From Sphyrna mokarran (lineage: Eukaryota), in contig JAGIQG010000002.1 of NCBI GenBank assembly GCA_024679065.1, forward strand, positions 137,020,001 to 137,084,000: a stretch of 64,000 nucleotides of DNA, read 5' to 3'. The translations under genes were made by a program, and so were the position numbers. Shown here in pieces: positions 51,975 through 62,949 of this stretch. Numbering within the stretch: position 1 is the stretch's first letter; each line of letters opens with the position of its first letter. A model generated the notes under the pieces. The model did not search any database. It was given only the letters and a program-made list of their open reading frames with translations, and was not told the origin of the DNA.

Positions 51975-52615
51975 CTATGATGTGGAGATGCCAGACTTAG
52001 ACTGGGTTAAGCACAGTAAGAAGTCTCACAACACTAGGTTAAAGTCCATCAGGTTTATTTGGCAGCATAAGCTTTCGGAGTCTCGGTTCTTCATCAGGTG
52101 AGTGAGGCTTGTATTCACAAACATATGCAGACACAAACTCAATTTACAAGATAATGCTTGGAATGCGAGTCTTAAAATAAGATAATCAAGTCTTAAAAGT
52201 ACAGACAAAGTGAATGGAAAGAGGGTTAAGCACAGGTTAAAGAGGTGTGTATTGTTTCCAGCCAGAACAGTTAGTGAGATTTTGCAATCCCAGGGAAGTC
52301 GTGGGGGTTACAGGTAGTGTGATATGAACCCAAGATCCCAGTTGAGGCCGTCCTCATGTGTGCGGAACTTGGCTATCAGTCTCTGCTCAGCGACTCTGTG
52401 TTGTGTGTCGTGAAGGCCATCTTGGAGAATGCTTATCCGAAGATCAGAGGCAGAATGCCCGTGACTGCTGAAGTGTTTCCCAACAGGAAGAGAACACTCC
52501 TGCCTGGATTGTCAAGCAATGTTCATTCATCCATTGTCGAAGCATCTGCATGGTCTCCCCAATGTACCATGCCTTGGGACATCCTTTCCTGCAATGTATC
52601 AGGTGGACAATGTTG
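51975..52615 (-). mobile_element. Penelope-like retroelement 3' end (GIY-YIG endonuclease plus pLTR with hammerhead motif)
   Basis: Minus frames read NIVHLIHCRKGCPKAWYIGETMQMLRQWMNEH...SLPVGKHFSSHGHS...EQRLIAKFRTHEDGLN. pLTR CAC-CTGATGA...GAAA-GCTT at 52066-52100. Confidence 0.9.
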
Positions 52616-53019
52616 ACTACTGGGGAATTAATAGTTAATGATGGATGGTTAGAATTAATAGTTAATGATGGATGGTTAGAGACAGAGCATGCAGGGCGAG
52701 GGTTTGTAGGCAGAACTACTTCTTTTAAATCTTAGAGGGAGTGAATGTTAGTGTAAATTGAAAAGGAGAAGGCCATCCTGCTGAGTTGAGGTGAGGTGTA
52801 GGAGTGGACTGCTGCTTCAATCTTCCAGGACAGTGGTTTCTGTGAAAGGATAATGACATTGTGAATTGGGGAAGGTAGCTGGAGAAAACATCAATGTCTG
52901 TGTGAGAGTGTTAGGAGGGATAGTGCTGTTCTAAATTCAAGATGGGTAAAGGAGTATTCTCTGCATAGGAAGAGCGGGGAAGACTATCATTGTCAACTGG
53001 GGAAGGTTTGGAGGGAAAT

Positions 53020-53146
53020 CACATTGTCTGTACTTTTAATTCTTGATTACCTGTAAAGATTTGCATTCCAACCATTACCTTGTAAATTGAGTTTGTGTCT
53101 GTATGTGTCCTGTTTGTGAACACAAGTTCTCACTCACCTGATGAAA
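53020..53146 (+). mobile_element. Inverted partial Penelope pLTR
   Basis: Reverse complement of ~52090-52210. Ends ctcacCTGATGAa (53138-44). Confidence 0.8.
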
Positions 53147-53419
53147 CAGCAGTCCACCTCCTACAAACAAAGACAGTAGGATTAATAGTCTCCAGCTGCC
53201 ACTCATTCATTATCCTGCAGTCAGCTTGGGCTATGAAGGGGCAAATAGAATCAGCAACACTTCCTTCCCCAACGCAGTAAAGCCTGCTGGGCTATCAACA
53301 TATACAGATAGCAACAGAAAAAAAGGAAGAAGATTGATGCTGTCACAGCTTAAGTACCTGCCAGCACTTGCACTTGTCACTGACAGTCAGCCCCCATCAA
53401 ATGTCAGCAGTAAGACTTA

Positions 53420-53810
53420 AAATCTCATTCAAACATACAAGATCCCTGGAAAGGTTTGACAAGAATCAGTGGCGAGAGGTTACCTCCTTCTGGCCAGAGT
53501 GTCTTTAACCAAGGTTGGGGGAGGGGAGGTGCAGGGGACCGGTGGTCACTATCTCAGTATAAGGGAGTGAGAATGGAGGACTAGCTATGAGAATTCTTTT
53601 CACTTTGGAATTATCTATGCCAGATAACTGTGGATGCTCACTCATGAAGTACAAGATTGTGAGCAATAAATTTTGGACACAGAGAATCAAGGGGTATGGG
53701 AATCAGGCGAGAAAGTGGAGTTGAGGTAGATTAGCCATGAGTGTTAATTGGCACAGCTGCTTTGAAGGGCCATGTAGCCCATCCCTCATCCTAGTTCTTA
53801 CGCTCTTTAT
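53420..53810 (+). mobile_element. Decayed CR1 3' fragment
   Basis: atctcattcaaacatacaagatcc...aatcaaggggtatggg...ttagccatga...cctagttcttacg. Confidence 0.7.
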
Positions 53811-54029
53811 GGTACCTTTAGGAGAGGTATGGTAGAATGAAACAAAGGCAGTTTAACAAACATATACAAAGGGTTGATATCTTGAGGCAGCTGATTTAAC
53901 AGTTCACAAGTTTGAACATAATAAAATTTAGTTAGTTTTCATGATGCTCACCTCAACTCAGCAAGATGGCCTTCTCCTTTTCAATTTAGTAGTTGTTGCC
54001 TAAAAACTCTCCCCTTGTGTGCTCTGTCT

Positions 54030-54485
54030 CTAACCCCCCACTATTAACTATTAACTCCCCAGACACTCTCTGACTCTTAATTTCCCATTGTTAACCCCCC
54101 ACCCCCCCAGGTACTCTCTGACTCTAACGTTCCATTATTAACTATTAATTCCCCAGACACTCTTTAATCTAACTCTCCATTGTTAACTATTAACCTTCGA
54201 GCACTCCCTGATTCTAACTCTCTCCTATTAACTATTAATTCCCCAGCCACTCTCTAATCTAACTCTCCATTGTTAACTATTAATCTCCCAGCACTCCCTG
54301 ATTCTAACTTTTCCCTATTAACTATTAATTCCCCAGACACTCTCTAACTCCCCACTGTTAACTGTTAACCTTCCAGAACTCTCTGACTCTAACTCTCTCC
54401 TATTTACTCCCTGGACACTCTCTGACTCTCTCTCCACTATTAACTTTACACTCAGGTACACTCAGACTCTAACTCCCCACTATTT
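54030..54485 (+). repeat. Minisatellite, ~40-bp unit ctattaactattaattccccagacactctctgactctaactctcc
   Basis: About 10 degenerate copies visible. Confidence 0.9.
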
Positions 54486-55759
54486 AGACATTGTTCCCTC
54501 TGGTAATCCAGTAGTTTTTTTCACAGTGCAGGAGGAGGCCACTTACTTAACCGATCGTATCTGCACTGGCTCTCCAAATGAGCAACTTAATGAGTTCCAT
54601 TCCCCCCCTTTCTCTCCATAACTTGTACATTCTTCCTTTTTGATTGAACCTGTCTCGACTGCACCCAGAGCATTCCAGGCATTACCTACTCACTGTGTGA
54701 AAATGTTTCTCCTCACATCAGATCTCCTTAATTTAAATCTGTGCCCTCTCATTCTTGATCCTTTCACGAGCAGGAATAGCTTATCTAGATCTATTCTATC
54801 CGGATTCTTCACGTTCTTGAGTACATCTGTCATTCAATCCACAGTAATTCTGATCAAAAAGAGTAGGGTGTTTAAAAGAGCAATGTACTGTAAGTACAAT
54901 ACTCACCAATGTGCTGTTCCTCAGATAGCTGACTCATTGATGTAGGAGAAACAGATCTTGAGAAGATAAGCCTCACCAGCAGTTAAATTTATGTGATGTA
55001 TTATCATTTGGAACTGGGCAGTTAAGTCTTACAATCTTGGCAGCCCTGTCAATGGAAGTGAAAGTGAAACAACTTTCAGTATCACATGATCTAAGCACCT
55101 GCAAAACATGCCTTTATGTTTAGACAGAATGGATTTCACTATATTGTTAATGGAACAATAACAAAATCCTTGTGCCAAAATCCTCCAACCTCACCTGTGG
55201 CTGGGATTCTCCAGTGCCAGTGCAGTGAACGCAGTTTTGGCTGAGTGCCAAATTCTCCATTCTCGCTGACAGTTACAGATGAGATCAGACATTCCTGTCC
55301 TAAGTCTGCTCCAGTTGCACGGTTAAACTTGGAATAAAGCACACATTACTTCACTAACCAAATGTGGAAAGTTATAAGATATAACCTCAGATAGCAGAAT
55401 ATAAAGGAGTAACTGTAAGAACAGGTTAACAGCAACGATGTGGAAGGCTAGAAGGGGGAAGGTTACAATAGATATCCATGGTTTCTTATTAGTAATGAAA
55501 AAAACATGGGTGGTGTTACACAGGTACATAGAGAAGGAGCTTCCTGATAACGTAGTAGTAAATGAGCATGTCATGTACTTAACTAGAGGGAGGCTGGACA
55601 TGTTGACATATTAGCATCACATTAGGGATTATGATTAACCCTACAAAGGTCTGATGTACCTCAGGAGCTTCAACTTCAACTTGGCGACATCTGACATGCC
55701 CTATACTTATGAGACTATTGAGGCCAGTCTGAGGGATATAGCAAGTAAAAGATTAACAA

Positions 55760-56046
55760 GTTTATTTATTCGTCACAGGTGCGCTTACATTAACAATGCA
55801 ATGAAGTTACTATAAAAATCCCCAAGTCATCACATGCCACTGCCTGTTCAGGTACACTGAGGGAGAATTTAGCATGGTCAATGCATCTAACCAGCACATT
55901 TTCAGACTGTGGGAGGAAATCAGAGACCTGGAGGAAACCCACGCAAATGCAGGGAGAACATGCAAACTCCACACCCAAGTGACCCAAGTCAGGAATCAAA
56001 TCAAAGTCTCTGGCAATGTGAGGTAGCAGTGCTAAACACTGTGCCT
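55760..56046 (-). mobile_element. HE1-headed SINE with alternative tail
   Basis: Same family as 49530. Confidence 0.85.
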
Positions 56047-56191
56047 TTTAAGGAATTGCAATGTATGATTGAATTGACAACTGAAGGGTAATAATCAGAT
56101 GTCTTTTGTTTCCATGCGCACTAATTTATGGTAGAAATAAAGTACATGTCAGAATATCCTATAATTCCATGCCATAAAAGAGAAAGTATAT

Positions 56192-56325
56192 GGGGAGGCA
56201 GTGGCGTAGTGGTATTGTCACTGGACTAGTATTATCTAGAGATAACACTCTGGGGACCTGTGTTCAAATCCCACCATAATGACATTTGAATTGAATATAA
56301 ATCTGGAATTAAAGATCAAATAATG
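56192..56325 (+). mobile_element. Different tRNA-derived SINE head
   Basis: A-box gtggcgtagtgg and B-box tgttcaaatcc. Confidence 0.6.
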
Positions 56326-56364
56326 CTTCCTCTGCAGTCGTTAAAATTTAACTTAAATTTCCTA

Positions 56365-56658
56365 AATCATAGACCCCTATAGTGCAGAAGGAGGCCATTC
56401 AGCCCATCAACAACAATCTCACCCTATCCCTAGAACTTCAAATATTTACTCCACTAATCCTCTTAATACTAAGGGTCAATTTGTCATTACCAAACAACCT
56501 AAAGCACACATTTTTGGAGCATGGAAGGAAACTGGAGCAACTGGAGAAAACCCGTGCAGATACGGGGAGAATGTGCAAACTCCATACATTCATCCAAGAC
56601 CAGAATCAAACCTAAGTTCCTATCTCTGTGAGACACAGCACTACCCACTGTGCCACCC
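56365..56658 (-). mobile_element. HE1/V-SINE
   Basis: Reverse-complement tail (atagtgcagaaggaggccattcagcccatc) and head. Confidence 0.8.
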
Positions 56659-57254
56659 CAGGAATCCCCCTCCAAGCCTCAAAATAAACCTTCAGCCTTC
56701 CTTGCATAGGAAAACAGTCACATCCAGATGGTTTCTTTCCCCATGATCATGGAAAGACCCCATTCCCTAATCACAGACAGGGCCCTCCTCCTATGGCAAT
56801 CTGAAATTGTCCCTAATCCTCAAACACATCACAAGCCTTCCTATTAACAGTCAGACAGCACCCCCCCAACCATCTCTGATCACATCCAAGTTGCCAAACT
56901 CCTTGTTTCAACAAAACAATTTAAAAATCAACGAAGTTGTATGATATTTTGCTTCTATTTCATACAGACTGTTCTGCCTTTCTTTTTTACCTGAGTACCA
57001 AAGAAAGGAAGTAAATTATCTGATAAAATCTTCTCACCACATCCCCTTTGTTTTCAGCTAATGAAGACCATTAGGTATTAGGCAATTAATAAATAGAGTT
57101 TTCCAACCTGTTACTTTTTATTAATGAAAAAATGAAATGCTTATTGGTATGCCAACACTGAAGACTAACAAATTAGTTCTAGACTTTCAAGAGAAACGTT
57201 GAGAGGAAAACCTTGTATAGCTATTATAAATCACAAGAGAAAGTCAGGACCAGG

Positions 57255-57545
57255 ACAGTGGTTAGCGCAGCTGCCTCACAGCACCAGAGATCTGCGTTCA
57301 ATTCTGGCCTTGAGCATTTGTGTGAACGTTCTCGACATATCTGTGTGGTTTTCTGCTAATTTCCTTGTACAGTTCAAAGACGTGCAGGTTAGGTGGATTG
57401 GGCACGCTAAATTGCCCTAAGATGTGTAGGTTAGGAGAATTAGGGGGGGTGAATATGTGGCGTCATGGGGATAGGACCTGGGAAAGATGGTCTGCCAGAG
57501 AGTCAATGGGCCGAATAGGCTCTATCTGCACTGTAAGGATTTAAT
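57255..57545 (+). mobile_element. HE1/V-SINE
   Basis: cagtggttagcgcagctgcctcacagcaccagaga...ctgcactgtaaggatt. Confidence 0.85.
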
Positions 57546-57630
57546 GAAATGTGAATGATGTCTAGGCTGATGATAGACAATTGAACTGGAGATGCTAGCA
57601 TTGGACAGGGGTGGGCACAGTAAGAAATCT

Positions 57631-58113
57631 TGACAATTTCTAAGGTTCAGCGCTCTGGATTCAGCTTGGTTTGATAATAATCAAGTCAACTCCAGATAGA
57701 AGATTTATACCTTTACTCTTTTACGATGCCGGGGCTAGTTTTCCTTAAGGTGGGTAGGCATCAGTGGTCCCGCACACTCAGGCAAAACTAATTGCTTGTC
57801 TACTTTTTCCAAACACTTATCCCAGTCTGTAGGTGGGTTTCCAGAGCATTAACCTATTACAACTTGTCCCCGACTCTTTTACACCAATAGAGCAGTGGTA
57901 TAGCTGCACGCACAGTTCAAGATGTTCTGAAAACCAATCAAATCTGTACACACTTTTATCACAATAAATCCTTAGATGACAGTTAAAACACTTGGTACTA
58001 GATACAGCTAGACTACAGACTGTGATTAATTGCACTTCTGCATATGCGCAGGACAGCATTTCACAGCATGAGATTACAAACTATACAGAAACCTTATGGC
58101 TTTTATATTCTCA
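57631..58113 (-). mobile_element. ERV-A 3' LTR (~483 bp)
   Basis: Starts TG directly after the polypurine tract AAAAGGGGGGAA (58114-58125). Terminal inverted repeats TGAGAAT...ATTGTCA. AGTAAA at 57714-19. Interrupts a Penelope pLTR fragment. Confidence 0.75.
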
Positions 58114-58332
58114 TTCCCCCCTTTTATCACTCTGTTATAACCATGGATGCTGACCGAGGATCCTCGATTCCATTTACAATTGCATTCTCATTAACTCTAA
58201 ATCCAATTGTTCATGTGTATCTTCATCCTTCAGCTCCCTTTTCACTTCCCGCTTTGCTTCTGCCATTACCCCCTCGTCCAGCATTGGCTCACATTCCTTG
58301 TCCCCTCCTTCCTTGTCTTTAGCCAGCATCAT

Positions 58333-60310
58333 TCAATGGGTTGAGTTCAATCCTGCCGTCCCCAGTAAGGTCATCATCTGAGTGATTAAACATTTCACAA
58401 CTCCGATTCCACTATAGATACATGTAATCATCAATATCACGTACAGCCTCACATGCTTTAACCATCCAAACCATCCAGATAGTCCCCATCCCCAGTCTCC
58501 CCATCCTTTCTCCTCATTAATGGATCCCAACTGCTGGTCAATCTGATTTATATAGTTGGTCAGGTTGGTAGTAATCTCATCTAGTCCCAATATACACTTT
58601 CCTTCTACCATGGCGCAAACCCCTCCCTGTCTAGCCAGCAAGTAATCAAGTGTATACCTATTCTGTCTAGTGAATAGCCTGAGTTCCTCTAGTCTATCAG
58701 TAATGACTCGAAGGGCTTCCCTAGTAGCATTTCCTAGTACAGTGAGGCCGCATGCAATATGATTGTCTGCTGCCATTCGTCCTGGGACGGCCTCAAAGGA
58801 GAAAAATCCGCTTCTCCATACCCATTAGTCTGCCCAGGCGCTAGGGTGGTGATTTCCTTATAGTCAGCACAAAATTCATTTGAGACTCCTCGTTTATCCC
58901 TTCTCATCTGTCCTGGGAGTTCCCAATGATCAAGGCAGAGGGCTATACTGGAAGTAATAGTCCCAATTGCGACTGAGTAAGGGTAAGAGTACTGTAAGTA
59001 ATTGATAGCCATGCCATTGTTAACGAAGAAATAGCCCTTTGTGTGTACATAGTCTCAGCACACTTTTCCACCTCCTCCTGGTCCCAAAATTCCCCTATAT
59101 CATGATAAGTAAAGCCTTGGCACTCCACTTTCCCCTGCCTCTTTAAAATGGGGAATGCTTGCCCCTCAGACTCAACATAGGTATCATTTATGGTACTGCA
59201 GATCAGGTTTTCCCCCTCTTTCAAAGCTATACATGAGGACTGCAAGCACTTACAGATTATCTCACCTCTGCGGGCTTCATACTCACATTTATGCTGATCG
59301 AAATGTTTCCTAATGCAAGAGTGATTTTGGCACACATAAACTAGTGGAGACCCCCAACTTCGCGCCCCTGAAGTAATTCTCATAGCTCCTAGTGTCCCAG
59401 GTAGGGTTGTCTGAAGGAGTATCACCCTGTTCCTCCCACCATAGGGAAACCCTTCGGAATTCCCCATTCTCCATTTTCTGCCCTAAGGGAGGATAATTAG
59501 CAATCTGCAGTTGGAGCAAGAGCTGAGTCATACTGGAAAGTAATTCTATTCTTCTTGGGGAGGGTTGCCTTGTGCCATGCGCATTGGAACAATTCAGCCT
59601 CCCGATACCAGGCAGGAGTAACCATGAATAAGGACTGTATTCCCCTTGGTTGAGGATAACAGGCTACAGTGGACATCCCTTGGATGGAATAATGGGTCTA
59701 TACAAAGCAATTCCCAACGCCTTTGGCTACTGTCCCAAAGGGAATACTCCGTCGGTGCCTAAAATGGATTTCCTCCCCTGGAGCTGGAGTATCCTGTGGA
59801 ATCCAACCTTGTTCTCTCACTTCCCTATAACAATGGTAGACATATAGAGGCCGATGTCCCATATCCTCCCCTCTCCTTCTTTGACAAGTATAATCAAAAT
59901 GGCATGCTTGGTAGTGACAAGGAAGTCCCCACCTATTACACAAATCTAAAGTTACAGTGCAGTCAGGCTGCCGAAGAGTTCCAGTATAGTAGTCTATCTT
60001 TGTCACATTCCATGTTCCAAATGCATCAGGGCCATTACACACAACGACATCCCCACGACAAAGGTGATGAATTTTATTGGGCTGACTGATTTTGCACGTA
60101 TGTCTCTTCCCTGCACTCACGGTACAGATATTCCAAATGCATATTCAAGGGTTATATAAAATGCCACCCACACCAGTCATAATCAAAGAATTAGAGATCA
60201 AAAACTAAAAAATCAAAAATCAAAATTAACGCCAAGGAGCCCAGCATTCCCATGCTCTTGTTCAGTTTCTTACTCGCCCGCTTCATCTGTAAAATTATCT
60301 CCCAAGTCAT
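58333..60310 (-). pseudogene. env: ERV-A env (frameshifted): signal peptide, Cys-rich SU, furin site RDKR, TM
   Basis: MGMLGSLALILIFDFLVFDL signal. ISD-like QNRYTLDYLLARQGGVC, CX6C, Trp-rich WGDWGWGLSGWFGW, transmembrane helix. Confidence 0.9.
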
Positions 60311-60354
60311 TGCCCACCCTCTTCCTCCCCCTCCCTTCTCATGATCGGCTTGCC

Positions 60355-62610
60355 CGATCAGCTTACGGTGATGTGAATGGACCCACGCCTCACACCTGGC
60401 CAGTTTGGCCACTGTGGGGGTAGTCAGGAGGACCTGAAACGGGCCCTCCCATCAGGGCTCCAAGTGTCGGCGTGTCCAATTTCTGATGAGTACAAACGAG
60501 CCCGGTTTAATAGTGGTAGGGGTTGTCAAGGTAGGTGCGCGAACTTGGGAGTGGAGGGGCCGCATGGATTGGGTGAGCGGAAGAATATAAGAAGTAATTT
60601 CCTGGGACATTTGGTGAAAATGAACAGAGGTAGTTGGCCCGGTAGTCCATGGGATTCAAAAGGGTCGGCCATACAAAAGTTCCACTGGGGAAAGATGGGA
60701 CAGACCAGAGGGAAGCGTGCAGAGTTGAAATAAGGCTACAGGGAGCACTCAAACCCAGGACAAGCCAGTTGCTTCCACAAGCTTAGTTAGTTTTTGAGCG
60801 TTTGGTTTGCTCTCTCAACCACCCCAGCTGCCTGAGGGTGATTAGCACAATGAAGTTGTTGTGGAATATTAAATTGAGTACACAACGCTTTGTTGACATG
60901 CTATAAAATGCAGACCATTATCAGCGCTCAAGCAAGCTAGAATCCCAAAGCGAGGCACAATCTCACGTAACAATATTTTTACCACAGTGGCTGCCTGAGG
61001 TAGGGTATTTCTCTGTCCACTTACTGAAGACGTCGACAATGACCAAGACATATTTATATCCCTGACATGTCTGCAACTCAATGAAGTCCATCTGCAAGGT
61101 CTCAAAGGGACCTGCCAGCAAGGGAGTTTTGCCTGACTCATATGGTACCAGGATCGTGTTGTTGGCAGATTAGACAACAATGACTAAGACTCTGCACCAT
61201 GTGTTGCACCCGAGGATGCCATCAGGTTTTGAGAAGTAAATCACCAAGAGGCCGTGTACTACAGTGAGTTGCAAAATGTACACAATCAATGACCCACAAA
61301 ACCAAAGTATCAGACATACAAGTCTGGCTAGCAGGGATGACCCAGACTCCGGATTCTGGATCTACCCCTAAGCCCATACTTTCCCATAGTTATTTATCAG
61401 TGTTAGGAGTGCTAATAACATCATCAATGGTTGGCATTAATTTCTCAGAGTCAGACCGGTTCTTGTCAGGACTTTTGTCCTGTTTCTTCATCTTAGGCAC
61501 AATCATGTGACGACACTTCGAAGCTAATTTGGCTGCTTCGTCGGCACAGCAGTTACCCAATGCCACGGAGAGTTTACCAGCCATGTGGGCTGCGCATACA
61601 ATTACTGCAACGCTCTTAGGCAAGAGGACAGCCTGAAGTAAGTCAGACACTAATTGCTTGTGTGAAATGGGAGCACCAGGCGACGTGAGGAAGCCTGTAT
61701 TTTCCCCGAGTTGTCCAAAGTCGTGAACCACTCCAAAGGCATATTGGGAGTCCATATAAACATTGACACTTAATCCACGACCTAGGACACAGGCTCTAAT
61801 GAGAGCAAACAATTTGGCTTGTTGAGCCGAAAACGGAGTCTCAAAGGCTGCCAATTCCAACACAACCCCTTGGTCATTAACTAAAGCATACCCAGACAGC
61901 CGGTGATCCTGTTCGTTAATGGAAGCACTACTGTCGGTGAAGACAACAAGATCGGGATCGGTCAAGGATAAGTCAGAAATGTCAGGATGAATGGAGGTGT
62001 CTTCCCGTATGAGGGTAGCACAGTCGTGGGAAGGGGCCTCTGTAACTTGGGGATGATGTGTCAAAAACTTGGCAGGATTAATGACAGTGCAATACTTGAA
62101 AGTAAGCTGCGGGTTACTTAGTAGAGAAATCTCATATCTATTCTGTCTGGCTGTAGTTAAATGTTGGGTTTGCAGCTGTCCCAACAATGCTGCTACTGCA
62201 TGGGTAGAGTATGTATACCACAATAGGCTGCTGCAGGGTCAGGTTCACAGCAGCCTGCTGGCTTTGGTATGTAGCTGCAAGGATTTGCGTACAAAAGGGG
62301 TATCCGAGTGCCACTGGATCCAGTTTGGTAGAGAAGTAAGCCACGGGCCAATGTCGGTCACCACGAAGCTGAGTCAGGACAGATGTGGCACAGTCTTCAA
62401 TGACAATGCAAAAAGTTGGAAGGTCGATTGTATAAAGGTCGTCCTAAGGCTGGAGCCTGTGTCAACAGCCGTTTCAGTTCGGGAAAGGCCTCTTCTGCAA
62501 CTGGGTCAAGAGTAAAAGAGCTTTCTTTAGCTGTGTTAGTTTTCTTCGTTAAGAGCTTTGGTTTGGGAATCCACTGCCTGCAATAGTTGATCATTCCAAG
62601 CCACCGTCAT
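60355..62610 (-). pseudogene. pol: ERV-A pol (RT thumb/connection, RNase H, integrase), class I (gamma/epsilon-like), disrupted
   Basis: LGMINYCRQWIP; QAPALG; AYFSTKLDPVA; VFTDSS...SAQQAKLFAL...YMDSQYAFGVVHDFG...GNCCADEAAK; LREIVPRFG..LSADNGLHF; WEGPFQVLLTTPT...WVH. Confidence 0.93.
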
Positions 62611-62614
62611 ACCA

Positions 62615-62949
62615 CGCTGGTACCTGGTTGAAAACCTACTCATTTTTTAGCCAGCTGATTCCCATTCTATCGTATCTCCCCTGGCTCCTGTTTGATTTTG
62701 ATGTAAAATCCACTCCATGGTCTCTGCTAAATGAAATAGGAGGGATTGGAGAGGTATTCCTCCTCTTGAATGGATAGGGATGTGGGTACAAACCCTACAG
62801 TTACTTCCATTCTTTCTTTCAGCATAAATGTATGACATATATAGATAGGTATTAGCATGCAGTCTTTGGGTAACTGGTTTTTTTACTACCATGTGTCCAT
62901 TAAGTCCAAGTAGTCCACAAAGTCCAAAACATATGATAAGGATCTTCAT
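62615..62949 (-). pseudogene. env: ERV-B env 5' end (truncated)
   Basis: MKILIICFGLCGLLGL signal, then NTYLYMS...NGSNCRVCTHIP (CXXC, CWVC-like), starting right at the IN stop. Confidence 0.85.

Noticed and set aside
54030-54485. CRISPR-like array
   Set aside because: Vertebrate DNA with contiguous degenerate units and no unique spacers. This is a minisatellite.
55180-55320. Possible Harbinger-type MITE fragment
   Set aside because: No paired TIRs or TSD could be confirmed.
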